Positions 29,006-43,871 of a stretch of DNA of 64,000 bases are shown here, piece by piece. Origin of the DNA: Octopus vulgaris. Lineage: Eukaryota. Positions within the stretch are counted from its first letter, which is position 1, and every line of letters starts with the position of its first letter. Under the pieces are notes generated by a model. The model was not told where the DNA came from, ran no database searches, and saw only the letters and a list, made by a program, of their open reading frames with translations. Location of the stretch: NCBI GenBank assembly GCA_951406725.2, contig OX597820.1, positions 38,874,001 to 38,938,000 on the forward strand, given 5' to 3'. A program made the translations under genes and the position numbers.

Positions 29006-29389
29006 CCAATGTTTCTCAACCACTTTTTATCTACGGACCCCTTTGATTAGTATTTTATTTTTGTGGACCCATAAGCCCGTAGATGTTTAAAAACTAGTTT
29101 TATAGAAACTTCTTTTAAAATTGCTATTAACATTAACATTAGCATGTATTAATTAAAATTAACACATTAACATTAATATGTGTAGATTGAACCGTGTAAA
29201 ATGTTAGAGAAAGAAACTTAGCTGTTTCTTGTAATATATACCAACACACACATCTAAACATTTTTTCAGCGTCCATAAAATACTATTGTGAATCCCCAAT
29301 TTACTATTTTCTTACGTGAACCCCCCCCCAAAAAAAAATTTTTTATATGGGCCCAGAGGGAACATATGAACCCCGTTTGAGAGCAATTG
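29006..29389. mobile_element. hAT (Charlie-like) MITE, decayed
   Basis: Termini CAATGTTTCTCAACC and GTTTGAGAGCAATTG; subterminal ggacc(c) motifs; imperfect 8-bp flanks ctccaaac/atctaatc. Confidence 0.55.
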
Positions 29390-29768
29390 ATCTAATCTGT
29401 CATACGGAGTACGTGGCTCCCTAGTGGAGACCGTTGGAGAAGTATGAAGAAACCCGAATCTAATTACCATGGATAGTTAGTTTACAATCCTTCTCATACT
29501 AGAAGCTGGTAGGCGTTACGTCGACGTTTTTGTCGTCGTAGATGTTCCAAATGTCACTGCTGTCAAGCTGTGTACTGAGGAGGCATATTTCATAGAATGC
29601 AAAATTTGTGTGCACTGTCATCTTGCTGACAAATCTTTGTTAAACTCACAACTTCCTCCCCTTCCTCCTCTTCTTCCTCCTCTCTTCTTCCTCCTCTCTC
29701 CTCAACCCGCTCCCCTTCCCTTCCCCATCCCCTCCTCCTCATCCGCCTACTGCTGCTGCTGCTGCTGT

Positions 29769-29819
<51 letters not shown>

Positions 29820-32800
29820 ATCAAACTCTAATTTCGATCACCGGCGATCATGTTTTCGACCGGGTAACAGTTAATATAATCATTCTAATACATCGACCAA
29901 TATTACTAGCATTACTGGCAAGAACAACGCCATATCTAACTCAAATAATAACCAGACTTTCTTTCCCACGTTATATCGCACTTTCTATGTAATTATAGGT
30001 GATACTGTAATGTACATATCCCTAAAATGTCTGTCGGACACCGCTGGGATGTATTTGATTATAGGTCTGTTCCATCAAATATGATCTGGCACCAACAACA
30101 ATAACAAAAGAACATAAACAATCATCATCACCACCAACAGCAACTCGACCACTGCCAACGACGCGAAGAGCAACAACACCATTCTCTGTACTATCAGCCT
30201 GTTTTATCTCTACGCCTGTAACATTTTCCTCAATAGCCACAGCGGAGCCAGACAAAGTGGATTCTGTTAAAACACCAAAGACTCTTCCCCCCTGTACCTA
30301 TTGTTGATGGCATGTATCGCAGTATTGCTAATAGTTGATGACTGATGCCGGAATATTCTTGATCGTGGAGTGGGTTCAACCTATTTAAATTGTTACACAA
30401 CACCTTGTTCTATCCAGATGGTGTTCCATTGATTAGTGGAATTTCAGTTGTGCACTTCATTACTATTGCTTTCGTAGTGATGCTATTTCTGTTCTCCAGT
30501 CCTAAGCTATCTTTCATAAGGTGTATGGAGTGTGAAAAACACTTTTTAAAGCCTTACCAGTTACTTCTTGCAAGCCTAGCGATGTCATATGGACTTTCTT
30601 ATGACTTGTCTGTCCAGAAATCGGGTTGCTGTATGTAGTGTTGTTGATGTTGCTGTTGCTACTGCTGCTGTTTAACAAAAAATAACTACTATAATGCAGA
30701 CCCTGATCAAAACCGTTCCAGACGTGAACATACCGCATTTTCCCTTTGAGTTGGATATTCAAGATCACTTTATCCAACATGTACTTTTTTAAGACGGAAG
30801 GGTAGCATCTGAGAGAGTTGGTAATGATTCTTATATCAGATGAGTAACAATTGAGCAACTACAGACAGCAATCTCTTTGGTTCTTCACAGTAATCGCAGC
30901 GTAACTGAAATCAATATCAATTAATGCAGACTAGAAACCAAACTGTGATCCCGATTCACGAGAGTGCTTTCCATTTTTGTCCGTTACCAGGAAAATTGCA
31001 CCACTAAACGTTGTGTAAATCATTTACGAGAGACAAAGGAATTCATTTTGTACTCTCTCAAACTATAAAAAGGACATCAAATTTTCGCTCAAAATACCTT
31101 TTGTCGAACCATGTAAATAAGAGGACATTAGGCAATGCAGTCACTAAAAAGCGAAGAGAAACAGTATGCTCGCAGCTTAACGCCTGAAATCATAGGTGAG
31201 ATGGATCAAGGCTGACCTGGGGTTAAATAAAAGCAGTATTGAATATCTCGAGCACATTGAGATAGTTCAGCAATGAAAGAATACATCCAGTCTGTTACTA
31301 TATTGGCAGTATTAGTAAAGCTTATTTTCAGTCATGCGAGACCATATCAAAAGTGCTATAAGTATTAATGCACAGCAATTTCAATTTTAAACACTGAGCA
31401 CGCGCTTACAACTTAGATAGCCACCGTTTCCTCTCCGCACACAGAAATTTTAATTTTGTAAATAATTCTAATAGTTTAGGTTTAGGTAATTGCTTATGGA
31501 AAAGCATTTTCGTTTCCTAATATATTTTTAAAAGTAGGTTTTTCATAAAAACGTAAGAGAAACTTCAAATTTCAAAATATACTCATAAAACCTAGTAACA
31601 AAATTAAATTTAAAAAAATAATCTCAACTTTAACGAGATTTTTTAGTTGCTGAGTGAGGGAAAACTGTTGCATCATGAGATGGATATAGCATGAACGTTT
31701 TTCATGCTATGTAAACAGCGGTAAAGTAATCACCCATTTGTTTGTTTGTTTTTATATTCGCCTTTATAGTTTGACGTGCTGAAAATGATGTTTTACATGA
31801 ATATGTTGATGACAAAATAATTAGGATTGCTTTTCTAAGAATTTTGAACGCATTAAAATTTTGTGAAAAGTAAAGTGACATTCAAAATTTCATCAACAGA
31901 TTCCGTAAATTGTTTTACGAAACTAAAGCTTAATCCTACTATATGGAGGTACCATTAACGGTAAACGAGACTAATTCTCATAAATTTATCTTGCACGAAA
32001 CACTTTTGAAACTTAGTTATTTTATATATTTTCTCATGTGTTTTGTGGAATATTATAGACCATATCTCACTTGATTCCCCTCGAAAACAGAATGCAATAA
32101 TAGTTGATTGTGCTGATGACGTCACAGCAATGCCCTTTGTTCTGGAATTTGGTTTTCTATCCACATTCATTTTCACGACTGTCCTTCACAATATTTCTGC
32201 TTGTAGCTGATAATTTGAGAGCTGTTTTATATTCAAAGTCCATCACGTCACTTAAACTCCTGAGGTATGTCACTGCCGACTGGCATTTCGCAATTTCACA
32301 CTGTGATAGACAAGTAAACAATTTCCAAGACTCTTGCTGGCTTACTCCGAGAATACTTTGTAAAAGTATTAAAAAACAACGCTACCAACACAAGAACATT
32401 AATAGCCTCAGCAGTACACCGCCACCAGCAACGCTCCACTACCAGCAACCCCACCACAAGCAATGCCACGACCAGTAGGCCACCACCACCAACCACTACC
32501 ATCAATGATAACAGAAACGCTTGCAACATCATCAAGAAAAATACAAGAGTCCGTTTTACGAGCACCACACTCGTATAACGTAACGTTACAAACACATGCA
32601 CTGTTTTCTTGGTTACAGAACACTTCAGAATTTAGTCTACAAATTCATGTAAAAGACAAATGTCTCTAAGCAATGACTTTCATAACTCTCATATAGGATG
32701 GTCATACGTGAGGCCATCTGTCATACAGAAGCTGTAAGAACTACAAGGTATTGTGGCTAAGGTTATTTCTGTACCGATTAAGGGAGAACTATGAGATAAA

Positions 32801-34376
32801 ATTCATTTTCATTTCCTCTAGTATTCTTGACTAACCCGGTTTTAACCTAGATGCATTGCAATATTACCCTTGCTGTCTTTTTGACGACAATCTAGAAATA
32901 TATGATGTAATGGGTTATTTCTTTTCCAGGGCAGCAGATAATTGTTTTGAAAGAATTTGGTAGGGTTTTCTAGCAAACAAGTACAACTACTCTGATAATT
33001 TTAGTTAATGCCATTGGTTATGTTTCATGTTGGCGAGGCTATACGAGTTGCAAATGTCTGAACAAGTTGTTCTTTTAGTTTAATCTTTTCCTTTTGTTAT
33101 CGCCCAAGGACACGTATATAGGTGATGTTCGTCATACTATGGAGGTGGTCAGAGAGATACCTTGTCAACCATGGACTAGTCAATTCAATCCTGTCATTTT
33201 AAATCAGCTTGGGAATACCTGAATCAATATATGCTCCTTTTCTTTATGTCGGATGAGTGTCATTTGACTGCTACATTTAGCAGACTGAGTTACCACGTAG
33301 TAGCTACTTAGATTACTTTGGCTCTATCGATGTTGTTCTTATTGTTGAGGAGTTATTTGTAATACAGCTGTTTTGTAAACAAATTTATACAATAAACGAA
33401 GTAATTAAATACAAAGTCTTAGCATCTAGTTTAGTATGTATGGGAGAGAAAATGCTTACACGCGTGTGTAATTCCGTATGCGTTTGCAGTTTTGAGATTT
33501 TGTACGTGTATGCGTGTGTGAGTGTACGTGTGTGTGGGTGTGTGTGTGTGTGTGTAATTTTGCTAAGTGCAATATACTGTAGTATCGCAGTATAATGTAA
33601 TGCTTGGAGCAGTTCCAACACATTCTTGTTTCAGTTGAATGCCAGATTGTGCCTCAAGATAATGACTTACTTCAATATTTTCTTAATTTTCTCAATGTTT
33701 TCTTATGAATTCACACATTTTCGTCTGTAAATGTGTAGAGGTAGGAATATTGCCAGCATATTTGTACTAATATATTTAGAAATAGTAGAATTCTACTGTT
33801 GATAGCCATGGTGGTGTCGTTGTTGTTTACTTTTAAAATATATGCTATGGGTGTAATAAATTAAGATGACCGCCCAAATGCAATTGCGCTGGTCTTCTTG
33901 CTGTTGTTGAAGACTGCACCTTGTAATCATAGGATTATATAATAGTGCCAAGAAAAATACATCAATTATTTTATCAATTCACAAACTGGATAAATCATAC
34001 TAAACAAATTCATGGGACGTTGGTATTATCCTGGAGAGATTTTCCGGCTTGTGTACATATCTCATTGCGGCACAGTATTTTTAAAACTAATAAGAATAAA
34101 CACGACGCATTTAACATTTCTAAGTCTATATAAGTCAGAAGGATATCTATACCAGAAATTCATTTTAGGTCTACCGCGTCCATTCACACATGTGTATGTG
34201 TGAGTTTGTGTGTAGCATGTCTATACGTATAAGTAGATGCACATGTAATGTATGTGTGTGTATATATATATGGGTGTGTGAGTGTGTGTGTGCGCGCGTG
34301 TGTGTGTGTTTGTATTTATGTACATATATACATATATACGCACACAAAGATGCATTACATCTCTCTCTCTTTCTTC

Positions 34377-34407
<31 letters not shown>

Positions 34408-34809
34408 CCACTAAATACATCTATATATCTTTTATCCTTATTCCTATTTACCTATCGCACTATCTTTCTCCACTCATAGTTTTCTGCTAACTTCTTTCTC
34501 CTCCTTCTCCTTCTATAATTTTGTTTTGACGTTTAATTTTGCTTTGACGTTTGTCTATTTAAGTTTTTTTTTTAAATAACGTACCATCGTTCCCTTCATC
34601 ATATATGCAGTAATTACATTCGGTTAAAATGTCTTATTGATGTGTTTTGTTTCTTGTTTCTCTTTTTTCTCTTCCTTGCAACAAGATTGAGTTGTTTTCG
34701 TTCTGGAATAATACCAAGGTTTTCTTGGAAACATATGTCGGAAGTATAAAGATTTGAATAACACCTGCATTTAACTCCATTTATTTACTTATCTATATGT
34801 GTATGTATA

Positions 34810-35342
34810 TATATATATAATTTATATATATAAGGATAAGATCATTATTTAAATATCGATCTCATCAAGTGGCCAGCATGGGAATAAAAACCGTCAATGG
34901 TAATAATTATTATTAAAATTATAAATTTGGCTATCGAAGAGATACTACCACGCTGGAATAGCAGCCCAAAAACTTGACTCTAAAACCACATTAAATGATC
35001 ATACAGAACCAGGAGAGAAGACAAATAGACAAAATAAACTAGCAAAAGATTACTGGGTAATTCCAGATCACCGATTTCTGGCTCTGCATAAGAAATGCTT
35101 CGCCTCATCAGTGGAATATACACAGATAGTACATAAATACAATGATATAAATATATATGTATATATATATATAAATAAAACATACGAATACTTATATATA
35201 CGAATGTATACATACATATATATGCACGTATGCACACGGCTAGTTTAAATTGCCCGCCTAAAACTCCCCGTGCGAGTTTATTTTGTCTTTTTGTCTTCTC
35301 TCCTGGTGCTGTAAGAACATTTAATGTGGTTTTAGAGTCAAG
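34810..35342 (-). mobile_element. Non-coding pLTR-like element with a hammerhead (35060-35117) and an inverted partial copy
   Basis: Minus: ttcca-CTGATGA-ggc...gcc-a-GAAAT-cggtg-ATC-tggaa. 34974-35040 recurs inverted at 35275-35342. A homologous copy in the opposite orientation lies at ~37945-38250. Confidence 0.7.
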
Positions 35343-35640
35343 TGTTCTTCTATTCTTCTATTCTTTGTTTCTTTATTATTTTAGTTGTTTTAGTCATTTG
35401 ACGGTGTCGATGCTGGAGCATCGCCTTGAAAAGTTTTAGTCGAACAAATCGGCCCTACAACTTATGTTTTTAAAACTTAGTACCTATTCTACCGATCTCT
35501 TTTGCCGAAACGATAGATAAGAGGAATATAAACACACCAACACCGGTTGTCAAGCACTGATGGGGATACAAACACAGCCACGAAGACACACACATAGATA
35601 CATACATATATACATACATACATACATACATACATACATG

Positions 35641-35671
<31 letters not shown>

Positions 35672-35693
35672 ACACACACAGACACACACACAG

Positions 35694-35756
<63 letters not shown>

Positions 35757-36959
35757 CACACACATACATATAATCCACTCACAAGACCTTGGTTGGCCTT
35801 AGGATATAGTTGAAGACACTTGCTGAAGTTGCCATCAAGCTAGACTGAGTTCGGAACAATGTGGTTAGGAAAAAAGCTTCTTACGACCCACCCAATGCAT
35901 ATATACATGTGCGCATGTATGTATCTGAACGTAATTTTTGTGAAACCGTGTTTAGATATTTTCTCTGTATATCGATGAAGAATATGAAGATGAACCAAAA
36001 AGAGATGAACTCTAATCGACGCCAACCAAGTTAAAAGCAAACTATAATTTGACCTCCCTCATCGAAAATTTAATTCGTCGTTGTTAGGAAATATATAAGC
36101 AACGATTGAATGAGCATAAATACAAGAACCAAAAAAATAAACAAAAACCAAATACTCGATGCAATTTATGTAAATTGAGAATATAGAAGGAGCCGATGAC
36201 TAAACTAATCCTATAAACAGCTAACATCACCAAATTATGATTCTAATGTTTTCCATTGATACGACCTCCATCAAAGGAAAGCGAACATTTTATGGCACTT
36301 TTTGACGTGATGTGAATTTTATTGGGCGTGAAACCAAGTATTATTCAAGTTTTATAATAATTGTTAGAGATAAATGATGATAAGTATAAGAATTACTCTT
36401 AAGAAAGTAGTTTTTTTTTGTGTTATGACCGTTTGGCACAGGCCCAATTTAAAGTAAATAAATAAACTTCTATGATATTAATTCCTAATCCAGTTATGTA
36501 ACAAATAAATCATAATGACATAAAAGAGAAACTGAAACCGCTTCGTGAAATTCAATTCCCAGAAGGAGACTGTACATTTCATATCAATAAAGCCTCTTGA
36601 GTGAATTTGGGTTACGGAAATAGAACGAAGCACGACGTGCGTATATATGTATGTACGTGCTTATGCACAGGTACAATTGCACTTTGTTATTCTTAATCAA
36701 TTCGTTGAGTATCTATCCAAATAACTATTCGAGCGTTTCTTTAACAATTGGTTAAACAGTCAATTAGTTCGCTTGTTCGCCAAATTCCTTTCGATGCTGT
36801 TTGTAACTTTTTCCGAGACTCGTGATCTCCTAACTCTTTTGCAAGTCTGTTTTCGTCTTGTTTGAGACCTAGTGTTATGTATATGTATCAATGTTTGCAT
36901 GTTTGTGAAGGGATGTGTAGTTCAGAAGGGAGTAAAGGTGAAAATAGGAGAAAGGCACG

Positions 36960-37025
36960 TGTGTGCGTGTATGTGTGTGTGTATGTCTGTGTGTATGTGT
37001 GTGTATATGTGTATGTGTGTGTGTA

Positions 37026-37058
<33 letters not shown>

Positions 37059-37257
37059 GTATGTATGTGTGTGTATGTGTGTATGTGTGTGTGTGTGTGT
37101 ATGTGTGTATGTGTGTGTGTGTGTGTGTATGTGTGTATGTGTGTGTGTATGTGTGTGTATGTGTGCGTGTATGTGTATGTGTGTATGTGTGTGTTTGTGT
37201 GTATGTGCATGTATGCATATGTGTGCATGTGTGTGTATGTGTGTATGTGTATGTGTA
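36960..37257. repeat. (TG)n/(TGTA)n microsatellite
   Basis: Direct reading. Confidence 0.95.
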
Positions 37258-37513
37258 CTCAAATGTGATTATATGCGTGTTTGCGTTTTATTAGTTGTAT
37301 GTCACTAATCATCTGTGACCTCTTTCAGGGATCGTTTTGTCATCGCTTTAGCTTTGTCTTATGTTTCCTCTAGGTTTATGGTCTAGGTGTGTTTTGGGTT
37401 TCAGATGTAGTTCTCTACTGTTGAGAGGAGGCGAGAGAAAAGGGTAGGTGTGTGTGAGAACATATGTGTGTGCATGTGTGTGTGTGTGTGCATCTGCACG
37501 CGTATGTATGTAT

Positions 37514-37890
37514 GTCATTGTTCAGTTTTATTTCAAGATTCCTTGCCAATAGAGAAAGAGCCGGTTTCTAACCTAGATTCAAGGCTCCTTCATTGGAATT
37601 TCAACATCAACAACAGGGTATTTTTGTTTGCATGCATATATATGTACAGATTTGTATGTTTTTTTGTATGTATTCTTATGATTATAGTTGCATATCTAGA
37701 CAGGACAATATATGTAAAAATCTGATAAACTTCTGAAAAGTTTTACAGATTTTTACAGTTCCAGTGATGGATTGCATCTGTAGTCATCGAATTAGCTTTC
37801 TCTTTTCTGCTTTTGAGACGCCTCAAAGTTGGTATATAGGCAGTGTGTTACATATCTCAGGACCCCAATAATTACAGGTATAAACTTTGC
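37514..37890 (-). mobile_element. RLE-type LINE 3' end, second copy of the 1291-1865 family
   Basis: Shares agagaaagaRccggtttc...ggaatttcaRcatcaacaacagggtattt and acagttccagtga; the 3' end abuts (TATG)n. Confidence 0.75.
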
Positions 37891-37944
37891 ATGTGTATGT
37901 GTGGTGTGTGTGTGTGTCTGTGTGTGCATGTGCATGCATATATG

Positions 37945-38250
37945 TGCGTATGACGAGGCAAGGCATTCCCAAATGCAAATCCTGAAATCCGGGACCTACA
38001 ATTATCCAGTAATTTTTTACTAGTATTATCTTGTCTCTTTGTTTTCTCTCCGTGTTGATATATATGTATTTAAGGTGGTTTTAGAGTCAGATCATGGCTG
38101 CTATTTTCAGCATGGTGGTATCTCGTAGATACCATAACTTATAATTTTAATAATTATTACCTTTGATGGTTATTTTTCCATGCTGGCCACTTGATAAAAT
38201 CGTTATTTTATGTTTAAATTAACGATCTTATCCTTATTTATATAAATTTA
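37945..38250 (+). mobile_element. Older copy of the 34810-35120 pLTR-like element with a decayed hammerhead
   Basis: Reverse-complement homology (gtggttttagagtca, ggctgctatt, ccatgctggccacttgat, gatcttatcctta); core remnant tgacgaggc...gaaat. Confidence 0.65.
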
Positions 38251-38285
38251 TACACACCCACACACACACACACATACACCCCCCC

Positions 38286-38316
<31 letters not shown>

Positions 38317-38325
38317 TATAGAAGG

Positions 38326-38376
38326 AGCTTCTACAGGACTAGTACTGTTTCATTCAAGAGAAATCTTCAGGAAGCT
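38326..38376 (-). ncRNA. Type I hammerhead motif, left end of the palindrome
   Basis: Reverse complement of 43738-43788. Confidence 0.7.
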
Positions 38377-38699
38377 ATTTAACAAGAATTGTATTAGCAT
38401 TTATACATTTAGGCAGGTTTAAAGGAGTGGTGGTGGGGGACTTTTTTGGGGGTAGGCATAGCGCAAAATATCATACTTGGGGGAGTGGTCAAGGAGTCAG
38501 TGGTAAGTTAGATGAAAGAATAGATAAATAAAAAAATAAAAAAATAAAAAAATAAAAAAATAAAAAATATATATAAAAAATATATATATAAAAAAAATAT
38601 ATATATAAAAAAAGGGGGGATAGAGTTATAGGTAAATAAGGAGATTCTCACTTATACCTATACACATATGTATACGTATCTACACACACACATATATAT

Positions 38700-38745
<46 letters not shown>

Positions 38746-39036
38746 CACATATACATACATATCTACATACACACATACATACACCCGCCCACATATACAA
38801 ATTTATACACATGCACATGCATATACCTGTCTACACATACACACACGTATATATGCATACACTCACTCCCATGCATGCACGCATACACACATGTATATAT
38901 ATACCCACGACCACACATACATATATACACAGAAAAATATATATTCATACGCACATACACTCATGCACACACAACACACCTAGTTCCCTATATACACATA
39001 TTTACACCTATATATACATACACCCACATACACATA

Positions 39037-39091
<55 letters not shown>

Positions 39092-39188
39092 GCATACAAT
39101 ATATATACATGTGTGCACATACATACATATACACACATACATACACACACACATACACATGTGTACCTATACATACCTACACATACAC

Positions 39189-39233
<45 letters not shown>

Positions 39234-39626
39234 CCAATACAGGCCCATTCCCTAATTTTAATTTTATTATCTTCATTTATTACTTTTGTTATCTTTGATC
39301 GCTAGAGCTAAGGATCCTGGCTATGGCAGCATGTCCATTTGTCTGTCTACTAGAAGGCAAGTACTCATTCCCGCACGCACACTCATTAGCACGTACATTC
39401 ACCCATTCGTACACTCATACACATACACGTACGCACGCGTTATATTCATACATACAAACATCTACATACGTTCACGTATATACACATACGTACTCGTACC
39501 TACAGATTCGTGTCTACACTTTAGGAGGCTAGTCTATACATATACACCAATAAATATACATATATATATATATATACACATATACATACACACACACACA
39601 TATACTCCTACATACAGATACATACC

Positions 39627-39678
<52 letters not shown>

Positions 39679-39878
39679 CATACACACACACATATATATA
39701 TACACACACATACATACACATATATATACATACACAAACATATATACACACATATATATATATATACACACATACACACACATACATACATATACACACA
39801 AACACATACATACGTATACATACATACATACATCCATACATCCATACTTACATGCATTTATACGCATACACACACCCA

Positions 39879-39913
<35 letters not shown>

Positions 39914-40434
39914 TCACACATACATATACAAATATACGCACACACATACATACACATACACGTATACACATACACGCACATACACATATACATGCGTACC
40001 CATACACGTGCACACACGCACGTGCATCCATATATATACACACACACACACATATATACACGTGTGCAAGCATACATACATACTCATACACGCACACATA
40101 CTTACATATACATATATGCACACACTTACACACATATATACATACACATATACATGCATACATACATATATGCATACATACACATACACGCACATACACA
40201 TATACATTCGTACCCATACACGTGCACACACGCACGCGCATCCATATATATACACACACACACATATATACACGTGTGCAAGCATACATACATACTCATA
40301 CACGTGTGCAAGCATACATACATACTCATACACGCACACATACTTACATATACATATATGCACACACTTACACACATATATACATACACATATACATGCA
40401 TACATACATATATGCATACATACACACACGCGCA

Positions 40435-40488
<54 letters not shown>

Positions 40489-40769
40489 TACACATACATA
40501 TACATACACATATACATATACATACACATACACATACATACATATATATATATACACATATATACACATATACACATACATATCTACACACATATACATA
40601 CATATACATACACACACACATACATATATACATATACACTGATACACATACCCATACATATATATATATATATACACACACACACATATACACATGCATA
40701 TACTTATATCTCTACATACTCACATATAAACATATATACATATACACACATATATATATACACGTACAT

Positions 40770-40838
<69 letters not shown>

Positions 40839-40848
40839 CATATATACC

Positions 40849-40882
<34 letters not shown>

Positions 40883-41627
40883 TACATATACACATATACA
40901 TGTATACATACGCAATAATGATACACATATATACACATACACACACACAGACAGATGCATATACATACATATATATATAAATTACATATCTATATAAATA
41001 CATACATAATACACATATACACACACATATATATACATGCATATACATATACAAATATACATACACATACATACACACACACGCGCACACATACATATAC
41101 ACACACACATATACAAATACATACATACACACATACACACACACACACATATATACATACATGTACACATATACATACATATATATCAACAAGGGAGGGT
41201 AAAGTTAATTAGTTATTAATCAATTTCACCAAGTATTCAGTATGTAAAGGGACCATTATTATTTTGAGTAAACAATGTTAGAGGGAAAAAAAAGTAGTGG
41301 AAGAGGCTAAAAACTTTATTGGCTGCTATTTCTAGAAAGTTTAGTATGTGGCAAAGTAATTTATTTTATTTTACTAAGCCCTAATTATATAATATTTTAT
41401 ACATACATACACATACATAAACACATACATTTACACATACATATGCATATACATATATACACATATACATACAAACACATATACATATATACACACACAC
41501 ATACAAGCATGTGTAGATATGTAGATATATGTGTAGATATGTATGTGTATATGTGTATATATGTGTATATATATATATATGTATGTATGTGTATGTGTAT
41601 GTATATGTATATGTGTATGTATATGTA

Positions 41628-41690
<63 letters not shown>

Positions 41691-42410
41691 GAGTGCGCGT
41701 GTGTGTATGTATGCATATATGTATGTATGCATGTATATGTGTATGTATATATGTGTGTAAGTGTGTGCATATATGTATATGTAAGTATGTGTGCGTGTAT
41801 GGGTATGTATGTATGCTTGCACACGTGTATATATGTGTGTGTGTGTATATATATGGATGCGCGTGCGTGTGTGCACGTGTATGGGTACGCATGTATATGT
41901 GTATGTGTCTGTATGTATGCATATATGTATGTATGCATGTATATGTGTATGTATATATGTGTGTAAGTGTGTGCATATATGTATATGTAAGTATGTGTGC
42001 GTGTATGAGTATGTATGTATGCTTGCACACGTGTATATATGTGTGTGTGTGTATATATATGGATGCACGTGCGTGTGTGCACGTGTATGGGTACGCATGT
42101 ATATGTGTATGTGCGTGTATGTGTATACGTGTATGTATGTATGTGTGTGCGTATATTTGTATATGTATGTGTGAGTGTGTATATATATATATAATATATA
42201 TATATATATAGATGGGTGTGTGTATGCGTATAAATGCATGTAAGTATGGATGTATGGATGTATGTATGTATGTATACGTATGTATGTGTTTGTGTGTATA
42301 TGTATGTATGTGTGTGTATGTGTGTATATATATATATGTGTGTATATATGTTTGTGTATGTATATATATGTGTATGTATGTGTGTGTATATATATGTGTG
42401 TGTGTGTATG

Positions 42411-42454
<44 letters not shown>

Positions 42455-42845
42455 TATGTATCTGTATGTAGGAGTATATGTGTGTGTGTGTATGTATATG
42501 TGTATATATATATATATATGTATATTTATTGGTGTATATGTATAGACTAGCCTCCTAAAGTGTAGACACGAATCTGTAGGTACGAGTACGTATGTGTATA
42601 TACGTGAACGTATGTAGATGTTTGTATGTATGAATATAACGCGTGCGTACGTGTATGTGTATGAGTGTACGAATGGGTGAATGTACGTGCTAATGAGTGT
42701 GCGTGCGGGAATGAGTACTTGCCTTCTAGTAGACAGACAAATGGACATGCTGCCATAGCCAGGATCCTTAGCTCTAGCGATCAAAGATAACAAAAGTAAT
42801 AAATGAAGATAATAAAATTAAAATTAGGGAATGGGCCTGTATTGG

Positions 42846-42890
<45 letters not shown>

Positions 42891-42993
42891 GTGTGTATGT
42901 GTAGGTATGTATAGGTACACATGTGTGTGTGTGTGTGTATGTATGTGTGTATATGTATGTATGTGCACACATGTGTATATATATGTATGCGTG

Positions 42994-43049
<56 letters not shown>

Positions 43050-43346
43050 TATGTGTATGTGGGTGTATGTATATATAGGTGTAAATATGTGTATATAGGG
43101 AACTAGGTGTGTTGTGTGTGCATGAGTGTATGTGCGTATGAATATATATTTTTCTGTGTATATATGTATGTGTGGTCGTGGGTATATATATACATGTGTG
43201 TATGCGTGCATGCATGGGAGTGAGTGTATGCATATATACGTGTGTGTATGTGTAGACAGGTATATGCATGTGCATGTGTATAAATTTGTATATGTGGGCG
43301 GGTGTATGTATGTGTGTATGTAGATGTATGTATATGTGTGTGTGTA

Positions 43347-43399
<53 letters not shown>

Positions 43400-43737
43400 G
43401 TGTGTAGATACGTATACATATGTGTATAGGTATAAGTGAGAATCTCCTTATTTACCTATAACTCTATCCCCCCTTTTTTTTATATATATATTTTTTATAT
43501 ATATATATTTTTTATATATATTTTTTATTTTTTTTTTTTTTTTTATTTTTTTATTTTTTTATTTTTTTATTTTTTTATTTTTTTATTTATCTATTCTTTC
43601 ATCTAACTTACCACTGACTCCTTGACCACTCCCCCAAGTATGATATTTTGCGCTATGCCTACCCCCAAAAAAGTCCCCCACCACCACTCCTTTAAACCTG
43701 CCTAAATGTATAAATGCTAATACAATTCTTGTTAAAT

Positions 43738-43788
43738 AGCTTCCTGAAGATTTCTCTTGAATGAAACAGTACTAGTCCTGTAGAAGCT
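43738..43788 (+). ncRNA. Type I hammerhead motif, right end of the palindrome
   Basis: Stem I agcttc/gaagct; CTGAAGA; stem II ttc/gaa with a T-T mismatch at its base; GAAA; stem III ACAG/CTGT with loop tactagtc; triplet GTA. Confidence 0.7.
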
Positions 43789-43871
43789 CCTTCTATATAA
43801 TAAATTAATTTTACTCTGCTATGTATTGAGTACCTTACTTACTGTGGTTAACCCCGAATCAACCCGGGACC

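Larger units (their letters stand above)
38307..43807. repeat. ~5.5 kb inverted duplication (arms ~38307-40590 and ~41529-43807; spacer ~0.94 kb)
   Basis: Unique islands are reverse complements (38310-38660 vs 43420-43805; 39230-39540 vs 42540-42850), and mirrored ORFs 39286+/42793- and 39323+/42756- have the same N-termini. Confidence 0.95.

Noticed and set aside
39286-42793. Long ORFs of 564 aa (39286+) and 470 aa (41381-42793 minus) and overlapping H/T/Y/I or V/C/M ORFs
   Set aside because: Translations of CA/TA microsatellite, which rarely contains stops; no domain content.
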